Source of the DNA: an uncultured Pirellulaceae bacterium
Lineage (GTDB): Bacteria > Planctomycetota > Planctomycetia > Pirellulales > Pirellulaceae
NCBI GenBank assembly: GCA_964543985.1
Contig: CAZJBW010000010.1
Location: forward strand, 9,684 to 73,683
Direction of reading: 5' to 3'
Length of the DNA: 64,000 bases
Shown here one piece after another: positions 7,916 to 16,868 of this stretch. A program made the translations under genes and the position numbers. Every line of letters begins with the position of its first letter. Positions within the stretch are counted from its first letter, which is position 1. The notes beneath the pieces are model-generated. The model was not told where the DNA came from. It made no database searches and was given only the letters and a program-made list of their open reading frames with translations.

Positions 7916-10048
7916 ATGTCCGAAGAGGGCGAGAAACTCCATTGGCAATCACTTCCAATGACCTTGCTTAAGTTTCATCCACCAGCAGACAACCAACGCG
8001 GCCCCAAGTTCCTGGAAAGCCTGATCGAAGGCTGGGTGTCATTGTGCGGCCAAGAGGGAATTCGGCTCGGCATCAACAGCAATCATGGACGAATCGTTTT
8101 TGTTGCCGACGTACCTGACAAACGGCAACGTGTTGTCGCGGCTCAGCTGGAAAACGCTTATCCAGGTGGGAAAAGCGAAGTGGTGCATTCGCGATCCAAA
8201 GCTGAACCGCCACATCAACACCGGTCGGTGGGTTGGCTTCGACTATCGCCCGATGTTTATCCGCTGAAGCTTCATCAATCATTCGTCGAAGAACATTCAC
8301 GAGATGCAATGGATCCACTTGAAGGCTTGTTGGAAATCATCAAGTCCGGTCAGTCGGGACGTGTTGGGACGACGCTTTGGCTGGAGCTGAAGCCCCTCAA
8401 GAAAAGGCAAGCTGATCGCGCCAAGCGTAATTCGCGTCTATTGAACGCAAGCTTCCCATTCAAAACGGTCGAGAACTCATTCGAGCGGAACTTTTCCGGC
8501 TCAACTTGGAACCAACGATTCCAACTCTGGCTGATCCGTCGAATTATTCGCTCTACCGCGTCAATTCCAGAACCGGTTGCCGCAAAGCTGGAGCAACATC
8601 TGTTTTCGGCTTTGGTAAGCGTCGAAGTCACCACCGACACACCCAATCCGAAACTCCATCAGCAACGACTTCACGATATCGAATCTGCACTTTGTCTTTT
8701 AACGGGCTTCTCAGCCGTTTTCTTTGTGGAGACCAGACCAAGGGGCAGCTTCCTGCTGACAACGCCTGAGATCGCAACTTTGTGGCATATTCCGACCATT
8801 GAAACCAAAGTCCCGCGACTCGAACGAAGCACGTTTAAAGAACTCGAACCGCCACCGAATTTGCCTCGCCCCGGAGACAGCCCGCACATCGTCACGCTTG
8901 GGCGCGTTTGCTTTCGCAACGAACGGTACAAATTCGGCATGGATCTCGAAGCCCGCCGCCGTCATTTGTACATCATCGGGAAAACCGGAATGGGTAAGTC
9001 GACGCTGCTGCAAAACATCATCGCCGATGACATCGCGGCCGGCAGGGGATTGGCGGTCATTGACCCGCACGGTGACCTGGCTGAAAACACGCTCAACTAC
9101 GTTCCCAAGTTCCGTAAGAACGACATCATCTACTTCGATCCCGCCGATCCGAACTCGATACCGTTCAATCCACTGATGGTTCCGCCCGGTTCAGACAAAA
9201 CGCTTGTCGCCGACGGCGTGCTTTCCGCATTCCAAAAAGTCTTCGGCATGGACGAGTCACAAGCCCCACGGCTGCTACACATTTTCCGCAACTGTTTGTT
9301 GTCGCTGGTCGAGATGCCATCCGCATCATTGATCGACGTTCAACGATTGCTGGTCGACGAGATGTTTCGCAAGTCGGTCATCGCCCGCGTCACGAACCCA
9401 GTCGTTCGCAGTTTCTGGCTTGACGAGTATAGCAAGTGGAAACCACACGACCGCACCGCGTTCATCGCATCGCTTCAAAACAAACTTGGCGCATTCCTGA
9501 CCAATCCAAAACTCCAATACATCCTGGGCGATCCCAAAGCCAAACTGAACCTGCGCAAAGTTATGGACGAAGGCAAAGTCCTGATCGTAAACCTGAGCAA
9601 AGGCCGAGTGGGGGAGAACGCATCCAACTTGCTTGGCGCGCTGATCGTTACATCGCTTCAACTCGCCGCCATGAGCCGTGCCAACATCCCCGAATCCGAC
9701 CGCCGCGACTTCTCAATCATCATCGACGAGTTCCAAAACTTCACCACGCCCTCAATCGCAACATTTTTGTCAGAGGCGCGAAAGTACCGAACGCATCTAA
9801 TTCTCGCTAACCAGTTCACCGAACAAATTCCACCAGAAATTCTCGGAGCAATTGTCGGCAATGTCGGTAATAAAGTAATGTTTCAGCTCGGTGCCACCGA
9901 TGCCGCCATGTTTGAAATATATTTCGCGCAAAATGTCCATTCAACGAATCTAATGGAATTGCCAAGATTTCATGCTTATTGTTCTTTGCAAACCAATTCC
10001 TCGGGATCGCAATTGTTTTCAGTAAAGACCCATCAAATTCAAAAATGA
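7916..10048 (+). CDS. VirD4/TraD/HerA-like P-loop ATPase (copy 1) with ~330-aa unknown N-terminal region
   Basis: Walker A YIIGKTGMGKSTLL and Walker B DFSIIIDEFQNF. AVIDPHGDLA and IPFNPL blocks are shared with the paralog at 30796..32538. Confidence 0.7.
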   Translation: MSEEGEKLHWQSLPMTLLKFHPPADNQRGPKFLESLIEGWVSLCGQEGIRLGINSNHGRIVFVADVPDKRQRVVAAQLENAYPGGKSEVVHSRSKAEPPHQHRSVGWLRLSPDVYPLKLHQSFVEEHSRDAMDPLEGLLEIIKSGQSGRVGTTLWLELKPLKKRQADRAKRNSRLLNASFPFKTVENSFERNFSGSTWNQRFQLWLIRRIIRSTASIPEPVAAKLEQHLFSALVSVEVTTDTPNPKLHQQRLHDIESALCLLTGFSAVFFVETRPRGSFLLTTPEIATLWHIPTIETKVPRLERSTFKELEPPPNLPRPGDSPHIVTLGRVCFRNERYKFGMDLEARRRHLYIIGKTGMGKSTLLQNIIADDIAAGRGLAVIDPHGDLAENTLNYVPKFRKNDIIYFDPADPNSIPFNPLMVPPGSDKTLVADGVLSAFQKVFGMDESQAPRLLHIFRNCLLSLVEMPSASLIDVQRLLVDEMFRKSVIARVTNPVVRSFWLDEYSKWKPHDRTAFIASLQNKLGAFLTNPKLQYILGDPKAKLNLRKVMDEGKVLIVNLSKGRVGENASNLLGALIVTSLQLAAMSRANIPESDRRDFSIIIDEFQNFTTPSIATFLSEARKYRTHLILANQFTEQIPPEILGAIVGNVGNKVMFQLGATDAAMFEIYFAQNVHSTNLMELPRFHAYCSLQTNSSGSQLFSVKTHQIQK

Positions 10049-10051
10049 ACA

Positions 10052-11554
10052 CTACATGAAATAGCGCAGAGAGGATTCAACTGGCGGTTCTTCTCCGAAC
10101 TCGTCAAGGATTCCCCCAACTCGTCGAGCAAATGACAAGGTGACTGGCCATTTCGCGCGAACGTCGGCCGTATTCCAATTCATCCTTGTTAAGTTAAGAA
10201 TATCTCTGACAGCTTCTTCCGGATGGTAGTCACCAAAACATCGAACCTCAAATGGCTGCGGTATGTGAGGTCCGGGATAAGTTCCAAGTGAAGGCATATA
10301 GCCTGACGTATACAGAAATGTTCGATCTGAGTTGACAGTGCAAATGGTCCCCACGTTGGGCGGATACGCTCCAAAGCGTAGCAGCCTAAACGAACTTGGA
10401 ATTAGGGTCACCATGCTTACAATTGGAATTCCCTTAAGAGCTTCCCTAAATCCCGCAATCTCAGCTTCATTGAATTCACTAGTTTTATGAATGATTAGCC
10501 GCAATGGTTCGCCGCCTGTTCGGCTACGGTATTCTTCAAGAACCATCGTACCCAGAAGCATTGCTTGTTGTTCTGTTAATTTAGTATCCCTACGTTGATG
10601 AGGGTCAGCCGGAACGCCTTCGCCACGAATTGCGAAACCTTCTCCCTCACTTGAGAAAGCTTGAGCTAAACTTGAATGAACAATATGCCTTTGGGTCGTC
10701 CTAAAGTGATGAAAACTAATTCCAACGAAGCAGGTTTCGAGCTGGCTAATTGGAAGACGCCACGGCACGCCTCCGGACTTATAGTAAAGGCCAACTGAAA
10801 AATTCCATGCGCGTGTTGCTGCATCCTGATTGTGCTTGGAATCCTCAGTCAATGAGGTTGTTACCAGTTGTATCGGAAGCCTCAAAGATAGGGCCCGAGC
10901 CTTTAGCGCGTGACGTAGGTCACGACGAATGAAATCTTCTTTTGTTTGTTCCACTTCCTCGGCAAGGTCAAAGAGTTCCAGCTGCCGCATTGAAAGTTGT
11001 TTTTCAATCTTTCGGACAGCCTTCTTTTCAGTTCTCGAAAATTGTCGATCAACGTTCCTAGCTTTGAGTGAGACGGACTTGGGCAGACACACCAATACGA
11101 CATCTGGGCGGTTCGTATCCCTCTTTGCCAAAGTTTCCAACGCATTCGCGTATAGATCAATGATTTCTTGAAATTTTGCGAATCGGTCTGGTTTAGTCAT
11201 TCGGTCAGCAAGTTCATCCAACTTACCGCCTGGCAGCAACACGGTACCATTCTCTCCAAATTCTAATGTCTTGTGAAACGCCCCCGGAAACGACGGGAAG
11301 CTTCGGTGAAGTAAGCTTGTGCTTCCGGAAAAAATGATCTTTTTTGAACATCTGATTAGCCAATTTTGAGCAAGTTTGACTTCATTTTCGGGCCCAATCA
11401 AACCAACAAAAATTGCATTTTTGCGAGCTGAGCCGAAGCGAAGATCGAAAGGGCCAGCGACTTCTAGCCCAATTTTCGGATCGGTTTGCTGTGTTGCTCC
11501 GCCAAACTGCAGACTTGGCTGTGGAAGCTCTTCGATAGATAGCTCAATTGTCAT
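10052..11554 (-). CDS. short prokaryotic Argonaute (MID-PIWI, predicted catalytically inactive)
   Basis: PIWI motif WNFSVGLYYKSGGVPWRL and MID-like LRHALKARALSLRLPIQLV. The slicer Asp positions read FVGISF and IIHKTSEF. About 500 aa with no PAZ. The likely start (MTIELS, ATG 11554) overlaps the upstream gene stop by 11 nt. Confidence 0.85.
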   Translation of the reverse strand: MTIELSIEELPQPSLQFGGATQQTDPKIGLEVAGPFDLRFGSARKNAIFVGLIGPENEVKLAQNWLIRCSKKIIFSGSTSLLHRSFPSFPGAFHKTLEFGENGTVLLPGGKLDELADRMTKPDRFAKFQEIIDLYANALETLAKRDTNRPDVVLVCLPKSVSLKARNVDRQFSRTEKKAVRKIEKQLSMRQLELFDLAEEVEQTKEDFIRRDLRHALKARALSLRLPIQLVTTSLTEDSKHNQDAATRAWNFSVGLYYKSGGVPWRLPISQLETCFVGISFHHFRTTQRHIVHSSLAQAFSSEGEGFAIRGEGVPADPHQRRDTKLTEQQAMLLGTMVLEEYRSRTGGEPLRLIIHKTSEFNEAEIAGFREALKGIPIVSMVTLIPSSFRLLRFGAYPPNVGTICTVNSDRTFLYTSGYMPSLGTYPGPHIPQPFEVRCFGDYHPEEAVRDILNLTRMNWNTADVRAKWPVTLSFARRVGGILDEFGEEPPVESSLRYFM

Positions 11555-14366
11555 AGGTGCTATCCTCGTCGTCTTCCAGATCTTCGTCCGATTGTTCAGC
11601 CAATTCGAAGAGCTCTTCTTCAAGATCGTCTAGATCGCCTTGCAAATCCTCAAGAATCTCCGAATCCAGGTTGAATGAGTTAGCTCCAAATGCAACCGTT
11701 GGAGGGCGATCCGACAAGAGAATTGTAGGCGCGAAACCAGCGGACGGATTGTCATCATCGCAACTCAGGGCAAAGACCCCAGTTGCTCCGCTCGCAATCA
11801 TTGAAATCCAAAACGTTACATCTTGGTGAACAGCCTGATTAAAGTCCTTGGCGGCTCGTCGCGTTGAAAGCACATTAATTCTTGCGCGCCCAATGGGCAT
11901 TCCAATTCCGTTACGCGTGAACGTGTAACCAGGTGACAACATAATTGCCCATTCATCTTGAAAATCCATGATGTTGAAGTTCAACGCTTTGTGTTCGTAG
12001 TAGACGACTTCATTTGAATCCTTCTTTGTTCTAGCTTTTACGACAGTACGGGTTGCAGTCCTTGAACGGCCCTTGTAAGTAATCTTGAACTCATTTTCAT
12101 CGGAAGGTTTGGGATAGTGGACTCGCTTTCGACCATAGTCAATCCAGAGTCCGATGGATCGAAGATGCTCAAACATCGCCTCGTTTAGCAACTTCACGAA
12201 AACATTGCGGCCATTGGGCTCCGCGAGTAGGTCGTTAAGAGCAATTTTCGAAATGCCGGATTTTGCGAATGGAAGTTCGACGGACCTAGACATTTCTTGA
12301 AGATTGAAAAGCGAATAGAAATAGCCGTTGGTTATATATCCTCTGGGGACGTTTTGATGATCGGCTTTCTCTTTTAAGCCTCGCATGGAGCGAAACTTTG
12401 TCCTGGCTACCCATACAAAGTCAGGAAGCCCCACAATGCTGAGCATATTGGCGGCAAAGCGATGTATTTCGGTTGATGCCGAAATTGCAGTATTGGTTAT
12501 TTCATCAACAACTTCTGGTCGCGCACGTACAACAACTGTAAAGTACTCATTATCGGAATCCGGGCCGAAATCGACTTCACCGTTGTTGTTAACTGTCTCT
12601 TTCCACATGTCAGACAAGCCGGATCCTTGCCTGTCCATTTGTCCGCCGCCATAAAACAAATCCGAGATCACCGGATTCCGGTAGCCTTTTACTCCACGTC
12701 GATTGTTCTTGATGAGAGTTTCTATAGGTTCGCCGCCAGTTTGCGCCGCAACTTCATCGACCAACCCGCCAGGGCTTATAACGGATACTGAATCTGGGGT
12801 AATGTTTACACGAATAGGTTCATCTTTTCGGTAGTCACGGTGAACTAATGCATTGACGAGCATTTCTTTCAAAGCAAGCGGGTTATACGCTTGGACTTGT
12901 TTCGACAATTCCGCTTTTAGCCGAAACGAAAAATTCACCAAAGAAAGCAAGTCGGTTAGCTCATCCAGTTGCGTCCAGAGGTTTCCCGTTATGTGACGCT
13001 CAACGACATGGTTTCCCGTTTCATCTTCTGGATTTAATTCTGTATCGTCTCCTAGCGTTTTCCTCAACCAATTGGAATGCCCAATAAGCGTTACTTGGAC
13101 TCTTGCATTGGGAACTGCAAATGTAGGATCCTTTCCGAACAACAAGATGCCGGCAAATGTAGGACTAGCGGACTCAGGTTGATTAGAGATTAAATGCAGC
13201 GAGCCTGCCGTTTCCAATACCCAAGTTTCATCAATGAGATTTGGTACCCAGATGTTTAATTTGTCTGCGTATTGCGCAAGCCTCGCCCGCAAAAGTGGAA
13301 TGTCCAAATCGCCAACGGAATTCGATTTACACGGTCGCATGTCCTCAGGAACGGCCAACTCATTCGAAAATGGCGGACGACGTCCCGGAGGTGTCTTGCT
13401 TGAAACCAGCAAGTTCAACAGATCAATCTCGAACAGCTCGTCGAATCCGCGAATGGAAACGGAGTTGAAATTGGAACCAATTGTATTTGCGAGACGTTGC
13501 ACGAGAGGCGAAAGGGAAACCTGATCCGGTTTGTCGCGCGTGCACCAATAAACGCCTTGCGCGAATTTGTTTGTAAACTTCAGATGGTTTTGGAAAATCC
13601 CATCCATGATCGAAGGTTCGTTTCCTCTATATCCAACAACAATGATTGGGCGATCTCGAAGCATCGTTTTCACCGCATCAACAAGAGCTTTATCTAGTTT
13701 TTGCACTTCGTCAGTAAGGTTTCTGTCTGTGTAATGCTCAACCGAACCGTGTAGGAAAACGAGTTGCGGGACTGATGGTGTTGCGCTGAACTGGATCAAA
13801 TCATCCGAAGTCTTGATTTTTACAATATGGTGTGGCTTGTTTTCCAGAGTCGCGGCTTTTTGAACACAGTTATCGAAATTGGTTGTAAGTACAGTTGAAA
13901 TCCAACCTTGATGCAGAATTTTTGCCAATGAGCGATATCCGCGGTTTGGAGGAATCGGCGGCGAAATCAGTCTTTCGAAAAAGTCCCGACGATCACGCTT
14001 TACTCCAAGTAGTTGGTCGATCGCAGTCGGGTACAAGTCCGCTAGGTTTAATGATGGATCGAACCATGGTTTTGCAGCCAACCAGGGCTTGTAGTCAGAC
14101 GGACGAACGGTGGGGTCGTCGAAATGACGACCATTTTCTTTGCACCAAGCCCATTTCGCCGCGCGTTCAACTGTCGCATTGGCGGCTGGAATACCAGAAG
14201 TGATTGAAGCGCCTGCACCGATCAACAAAACTGGGGTCGGGTCATCTTTTAGAAGAGAGCGTAATCGTCCTGCTTCGGCGTGTCGTAGTTCTTTCAGTGT
14301 TTTTCTCGCTTCAAACGATCGCACGGATAAGACCTGCATTTTATGACTAGTATTCCTCGCAGGCAA
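11544..14366 (-). CDS. SIR2-domain protein fused to a Schlafen(AlbA_2)/HATPase_c_4-like module and a C-terminal (putative APAZ) region with an acidic tail
   Basis: SIR2 motifs: LLIGAGASITSGIP, VLTTNFDN, FLHGSVEH. Middle module: ILLFGKDP, LVNALVHRDYRKDEPIRVNITPDSVSVISPGGL, YRNPVISDLF, DRQGSGLSDM. Tail: DLDDLEEELFELAEQSDEDLEDDED. APAZ is inferred only from position next to a short pAgo. Confidence 0.8.
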   Translation of the reverse strand: MPARNTSHKMQVLSVRSFEARKTLKELRHAEAGRLRSLLKDDPTPVLLIGAGASITSGIPAANATVERAAKWAWCKENGRHFDDPTVRPSDYKPWLAAKPWFDPSLNLADLYPTAIDQLLGVKRDRRDFFERLISPPIPPNRGYRSLAKILHQGWISTVLTTNFDNCVQKAATLENKPHHIVKIKTSDDLIQFSATPSVPQLVFLHGSVEHYTDRNLTDEVQKLDKALVDAVKTMLRDRPIIVVGYRGNEPSIMDGIFQNHLKFTNKFAQGVYWCTRDKPDQVSLSPLVQRLANTIGSNFNSVSIRGFDELFEIDLLNLLVSSKTPPGRRPPFSNELAVPEDMRPCKSNSVGDLDIPLLRARLAQYADKLNIWVPNLIDETWVLETAGSLHLISNQPESASPTFAGILLFGKDPTFAVPNARVQVTLIGHSNWLRKTLGDDTELNPEDETGNHVVERHITGNLWTQLDELTDLLSLVNFSFRLKAELSKQVQAYNPLALKEMLVNALVHRDYRKDEPIRVNITPDSVSVISPGGLVDEVAAQTGGEPIETLIKNNRRGVKGYRNPVISDLFYGGGQMDRQGSGLSDMWKETVNNNGEVDFGPDSDNEYFTVVVRARPEVVDEITNTAISASTEIHRFAANMLSIVGLPDFVWVARTKFRSMRGLKEKADHQNVPRGYITNGYFYSLFNLQEMSRSVELPFAKSGISKIALNDLLAEPNGRNVFVKLLNEAMFEHLRSIGLWIDYGRKRVHYPKPSDENEFKITYKGRSRTATRTVVKARTKKDSNEVVYYEHKALNFNIMDFQDEWAIMLSPGYTFTRNGIGMPIGRARINVLSTRRAAKDFNQAVHQDVTFWISMIASGATGVFALSCDDDNPSAGFAPTILLSDRPPTVAFGANSFNLDSEILEDLQGDLDDLEEELFELAEQSDEDLEDDEDSTYDN

Positions 14367-14438
14367 CAGCGTGGGGAAGCGACTGTCAGATCAAAATACC
14401 CTTTTGTGCTAAGAAAGATCTGTCCATTGATCTACTGT

Positions 14439-15914
14439 TCATCGACTTGCCAATTTTGCATTTGATTGTTTACATGTTCGCAAACTGCTCGCGTTGTTTT
14501 GCTCGGGGGATTGTGCAGAGAAAATTCTTTTTGGTGAGAAAAGCAAATTCGAGTTTATCTGTTCTTGAATATGAACTCTCGCATTACCGCGAGAAGTGAA
14601 CTTTTCGGACACATAAATACAGACGAACCCGAACTGCTCATTCCGAGCAAACATGTATGCGGCCCATACGTTTTCTTTCTTGAAGTAAAGGACGGTTCCA
14701 AAGAACGAAGATGTGTCGTCACAAAACCACCCTTGTTCTTCGCTATCGGGAACGACGCATTCACCTGGCACGAAAAAATCGAAATGCTCCTTGTCAATTG
14801 GCGACACGCCGATTGAAACCATTGGCGGGTATTTCTTGATAAAGTCCTTCAACTCAGAACCAAAATTCATCGTGAGCGTTTTCGACACATACGGATGCCA
14901 AGGCACAAGCGAATCGTATTCGACAGCAACATGCCCATTATCGGCCAAATATGACTGAATCGCGTAGTGGAAAAAGTCGTGGGGAACTGGGTTCAGCGCA
15001 TTCGGGTTGTGCATCACAGTGAGACCTTGCCCCCATGATTCAACAAACGGTGGGCATTCCATATTGTAGGCAAACAGCGACGGATCCTTGGCATTCTCAA
15101 GGGGAGTGTAGCATTCACCCCGACGATATACTGAAACTTGATCATTTCCAAAGCCATGCTGAAAACCCATACGCGTGAACTTTCCAGACGTCCCGCTGTT
15201 CGTGAAAATAACGGCACTGATGTACTCTGATTCTGGCTGAACAAAGAAACCTGATGGGATCACCTTTTCTGCCACAGAGTGCGATTCCACTTCATTGGTA
15301 GAAACAACAAGTTCCGCATTCTCATTCCATTGCGCCGTACTTTTACTGCCATACAAGTAACCCATCAATGCCCCGTCCGAAACGGAAAGCGAGTCTTCAT
15401 CGTGAAATGCTTGGATGGCGATAACAAGAGGGATGTTTTTGCAGTGTTCGTGCTCCCAATATTTCTTCTTGAGCTTCGAGAACAAAGGACTGCCAAATCG
15501 GATCGGAAGTTCTTCCGTCACATAGTGCAAAAGCTCCGCCTCATCGAGGTCGCCAATTTTCCGGCCTTTTTCTTTCAAGACACCAGAAGTTGGAGGATTG
15601 ACAGTGGTCGCTTCTACGGCGACTGTTCGCCCATTTCGAGAAATCAAAAAATCCGGCTTGTCATGATCGCGGTTCAGTTGGAATCCCGATCGAGAGAAAT
15701 AGGCGAACAAGTACAGTTCAAAAAACCTCGCGTCGAATCCAGTTGTTTGAAATTGTTCGAGAAAATTCCCATCAGGATCAACAAAGTCTTGGTAAATATT
15801 CTCGAGCATCTCGCGTGAGCAGATAGCACCCGGCTGATCCTTTAGCTGGAGAAAACTGGGATGAAGTTTGGATTCTTCTACGACAGGTTCGAAAAGCTTG
15901 TTTTTTGCCATCAT
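14439..15914 (-). CDS. hypothetical protein, possible PD-(D/E)XK-like nuclease fold; first gene of the pAgo operon
   Basis: Co-directional, 72 bp upstream of the SIR2 gene. The segment FFELYLFAYF...DKPDFLISRNGRTVAVEATTV resembles an E...D...ExK-type core, but the K is not evident. Start taken at MMAKNKLF (15914). Confidence 0.5.
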   Translation of the reverse strand: MMAKNKLFEPVVEESKLHPSFLQLKDQPGAICSREMLENIYQDFVDPDGNFLEQFQTTGFDARFFELYLFAYFSRSGFQLNRDHDKPDFLISRNGRTVAVEATTVNPPTSGVLKEKGRKIGDLDEAELLHYVTEELPIRFGSPLFSKLKKKYWEHEHCKNIPLVIAIQAFHDEDSLSVSDGALMGYLYGSKSTAQWNENAELVVSTNEVESHSVAEKVIPSGFFVQPESEYISAVIFTNSGTSGKFTRMGFQHGFGNDQVSVYRRGECYTPLENAKDPSLFAYNMECPPFVESWGQGLTVMHNPNALNPVPHDFFHYAIQSYLADNGHVAVEYDSLVPWHPYVSKTLTMNFGSELKDFIKKYPPMVSIGVSPIDKEHFDFFVPGECVVPDSEEQGWFCDDTSSFFGTVLYFKKENVWAAYMFARNEQFGFVCIYVSEKFTSRGNARVHIQEQINSNLLFSPKRIFSAQSPEQNNASSLRTCKQSNAKLASR

Positions 15915-16061
15915 GTTCTCAAGTACATGGAATGTGATCTTGATTGACTCTAAAAATAGAAAATAGTTCGGCCCAATCATAGCCAAGTCGCATTTCGCGA
16001 TAGATTACGAAAGAAAAACCCAGTTAGAAACTGGGTTGGGTTCCTTCCCATTGTGCCCTCG

Positions 16062-16325
16062 CTACTTCTGCTTTTCCTGTACCAGTTGACGGTACAGCTC
16101 CTGGGCCGCGAAGGCCAAGGTGAGCAGGTCGGTGGCGCGGTAGCCGCTGGCGGTTTTCCATTCCTTTGAATCTTCGTCGTAGTAACGTCGTTGAAACGTG
16201 CAGGAATGACTTGTAAATGTTTCGCCATCTTTCTTCTGTTCGTTTTCCCAGAGTGCGGCCTGAATTTGGCCGCCGCCCGAAGTTGAAAAATTCAAAGCGA
16301 TCTTTGGTTTTGAGCTTTCACTCAT
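16062..16325 (-). CDS. small conserved protein, paralog family A (copy 1 of 3)
   Basis: MSESSKPKIALNF... with GGAGA 8 nt upstream. Shares the pattern G.(I/V).A.(V/L)(F/W)...R.Y.....(F/W).(S/T)...(F/Y)...(D/E)L.......A with 35108..35374 and 35875..36159. Confidence 0.5.
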   Translation of the reverse strand: MSESSKPKIALNFSTSGGGQIQAALWENEQKKDGETFTSHSCTFQRRYYDEDSKEWKTASGYRATDLLTLAFAAQELYRQLVQEKQK

Positions 16326-16369
16326 AAGTAAATCTCCAAATGGATAAAGTTGAAGGCTGACCAAACGGT

Positions 16370-16804
16370 TCAGGCAGCCAAAAGTGTTTGAAAGCTCATG
16401 ACTTCATGGGCTGACTTGTTTGGATACCGTCGTTGACGGTCTTTCGCGACATGCGTGTAAGCCGACAACATCGACCACGCCGTTCGCGATTCAAAATCTT
16501 CGTACGATGGCAATCGCCATTCGTTGAGAAGGGGACGGAGCATGCGTGTTCCCACGATGCCCTTGTCCCAAGCACGCAAAACGATTGATTCAGCTCGCTG
16601 TTCGGTTAACGGTTGGGCTTGAAGCTGCTCGATTCGCTTGGCTTCAAGCTTTTGGTAATCGGCCAATTTGCCGACCGTCGCCGCGATGCCTTCGCGAAAG
16701 CGATCTTCGCCAAAACGAGTATGCCATTTGACATGACGACGCTCCTTTCGTGAAACCAGAAATAGGAAAGAACTGGTAATCACGCTAGCGCACGTTGAAT
16801 GCAT
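16370..16804 (-). CDS. hypothetical protein (144 aa)
   Basis: The ORF track extends it to 16954, but that part overlaps RadC in another frame. The first non-overlapping ATG is at 16804. The C-terminal segment RTAWSMLSAYTHVAKD recalls plasmid/ICE accessory proteins from memory only. Confidence 0.4.
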   Translation of the reverse strand: MHSTCASVITSSFLFLVSRKERRHVKWHTRFGEDRFREGIAATVGKLADYQKLEAKRIEQLQAQPLTEQRAESIVLRAWDKGIVGTRMLRPLLNEWRLPSYEDFESRTAWSMLSAYTHVAKDRQRRYPNKSAHEVMSFQTLLAA

Positions 16805-16868
16805 GCGCGAGCAAAAAGTCAACTTTGTTTTTCTTTGAGGTGAATCGTTTCGGCGACTCCGGCGCGGC

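Noticed and set aside
11555-11623. N-terminal extension of the pAgo ORF (MKKSSSNWLNNRTKIWKTTRIAP)
   Set aside because: It overlaps the acidic tail of the upstream SIR2 gene by 80 nt in another frame. The internal ATG at 11554 gives the usual short overlap and a sensible N-terminus.
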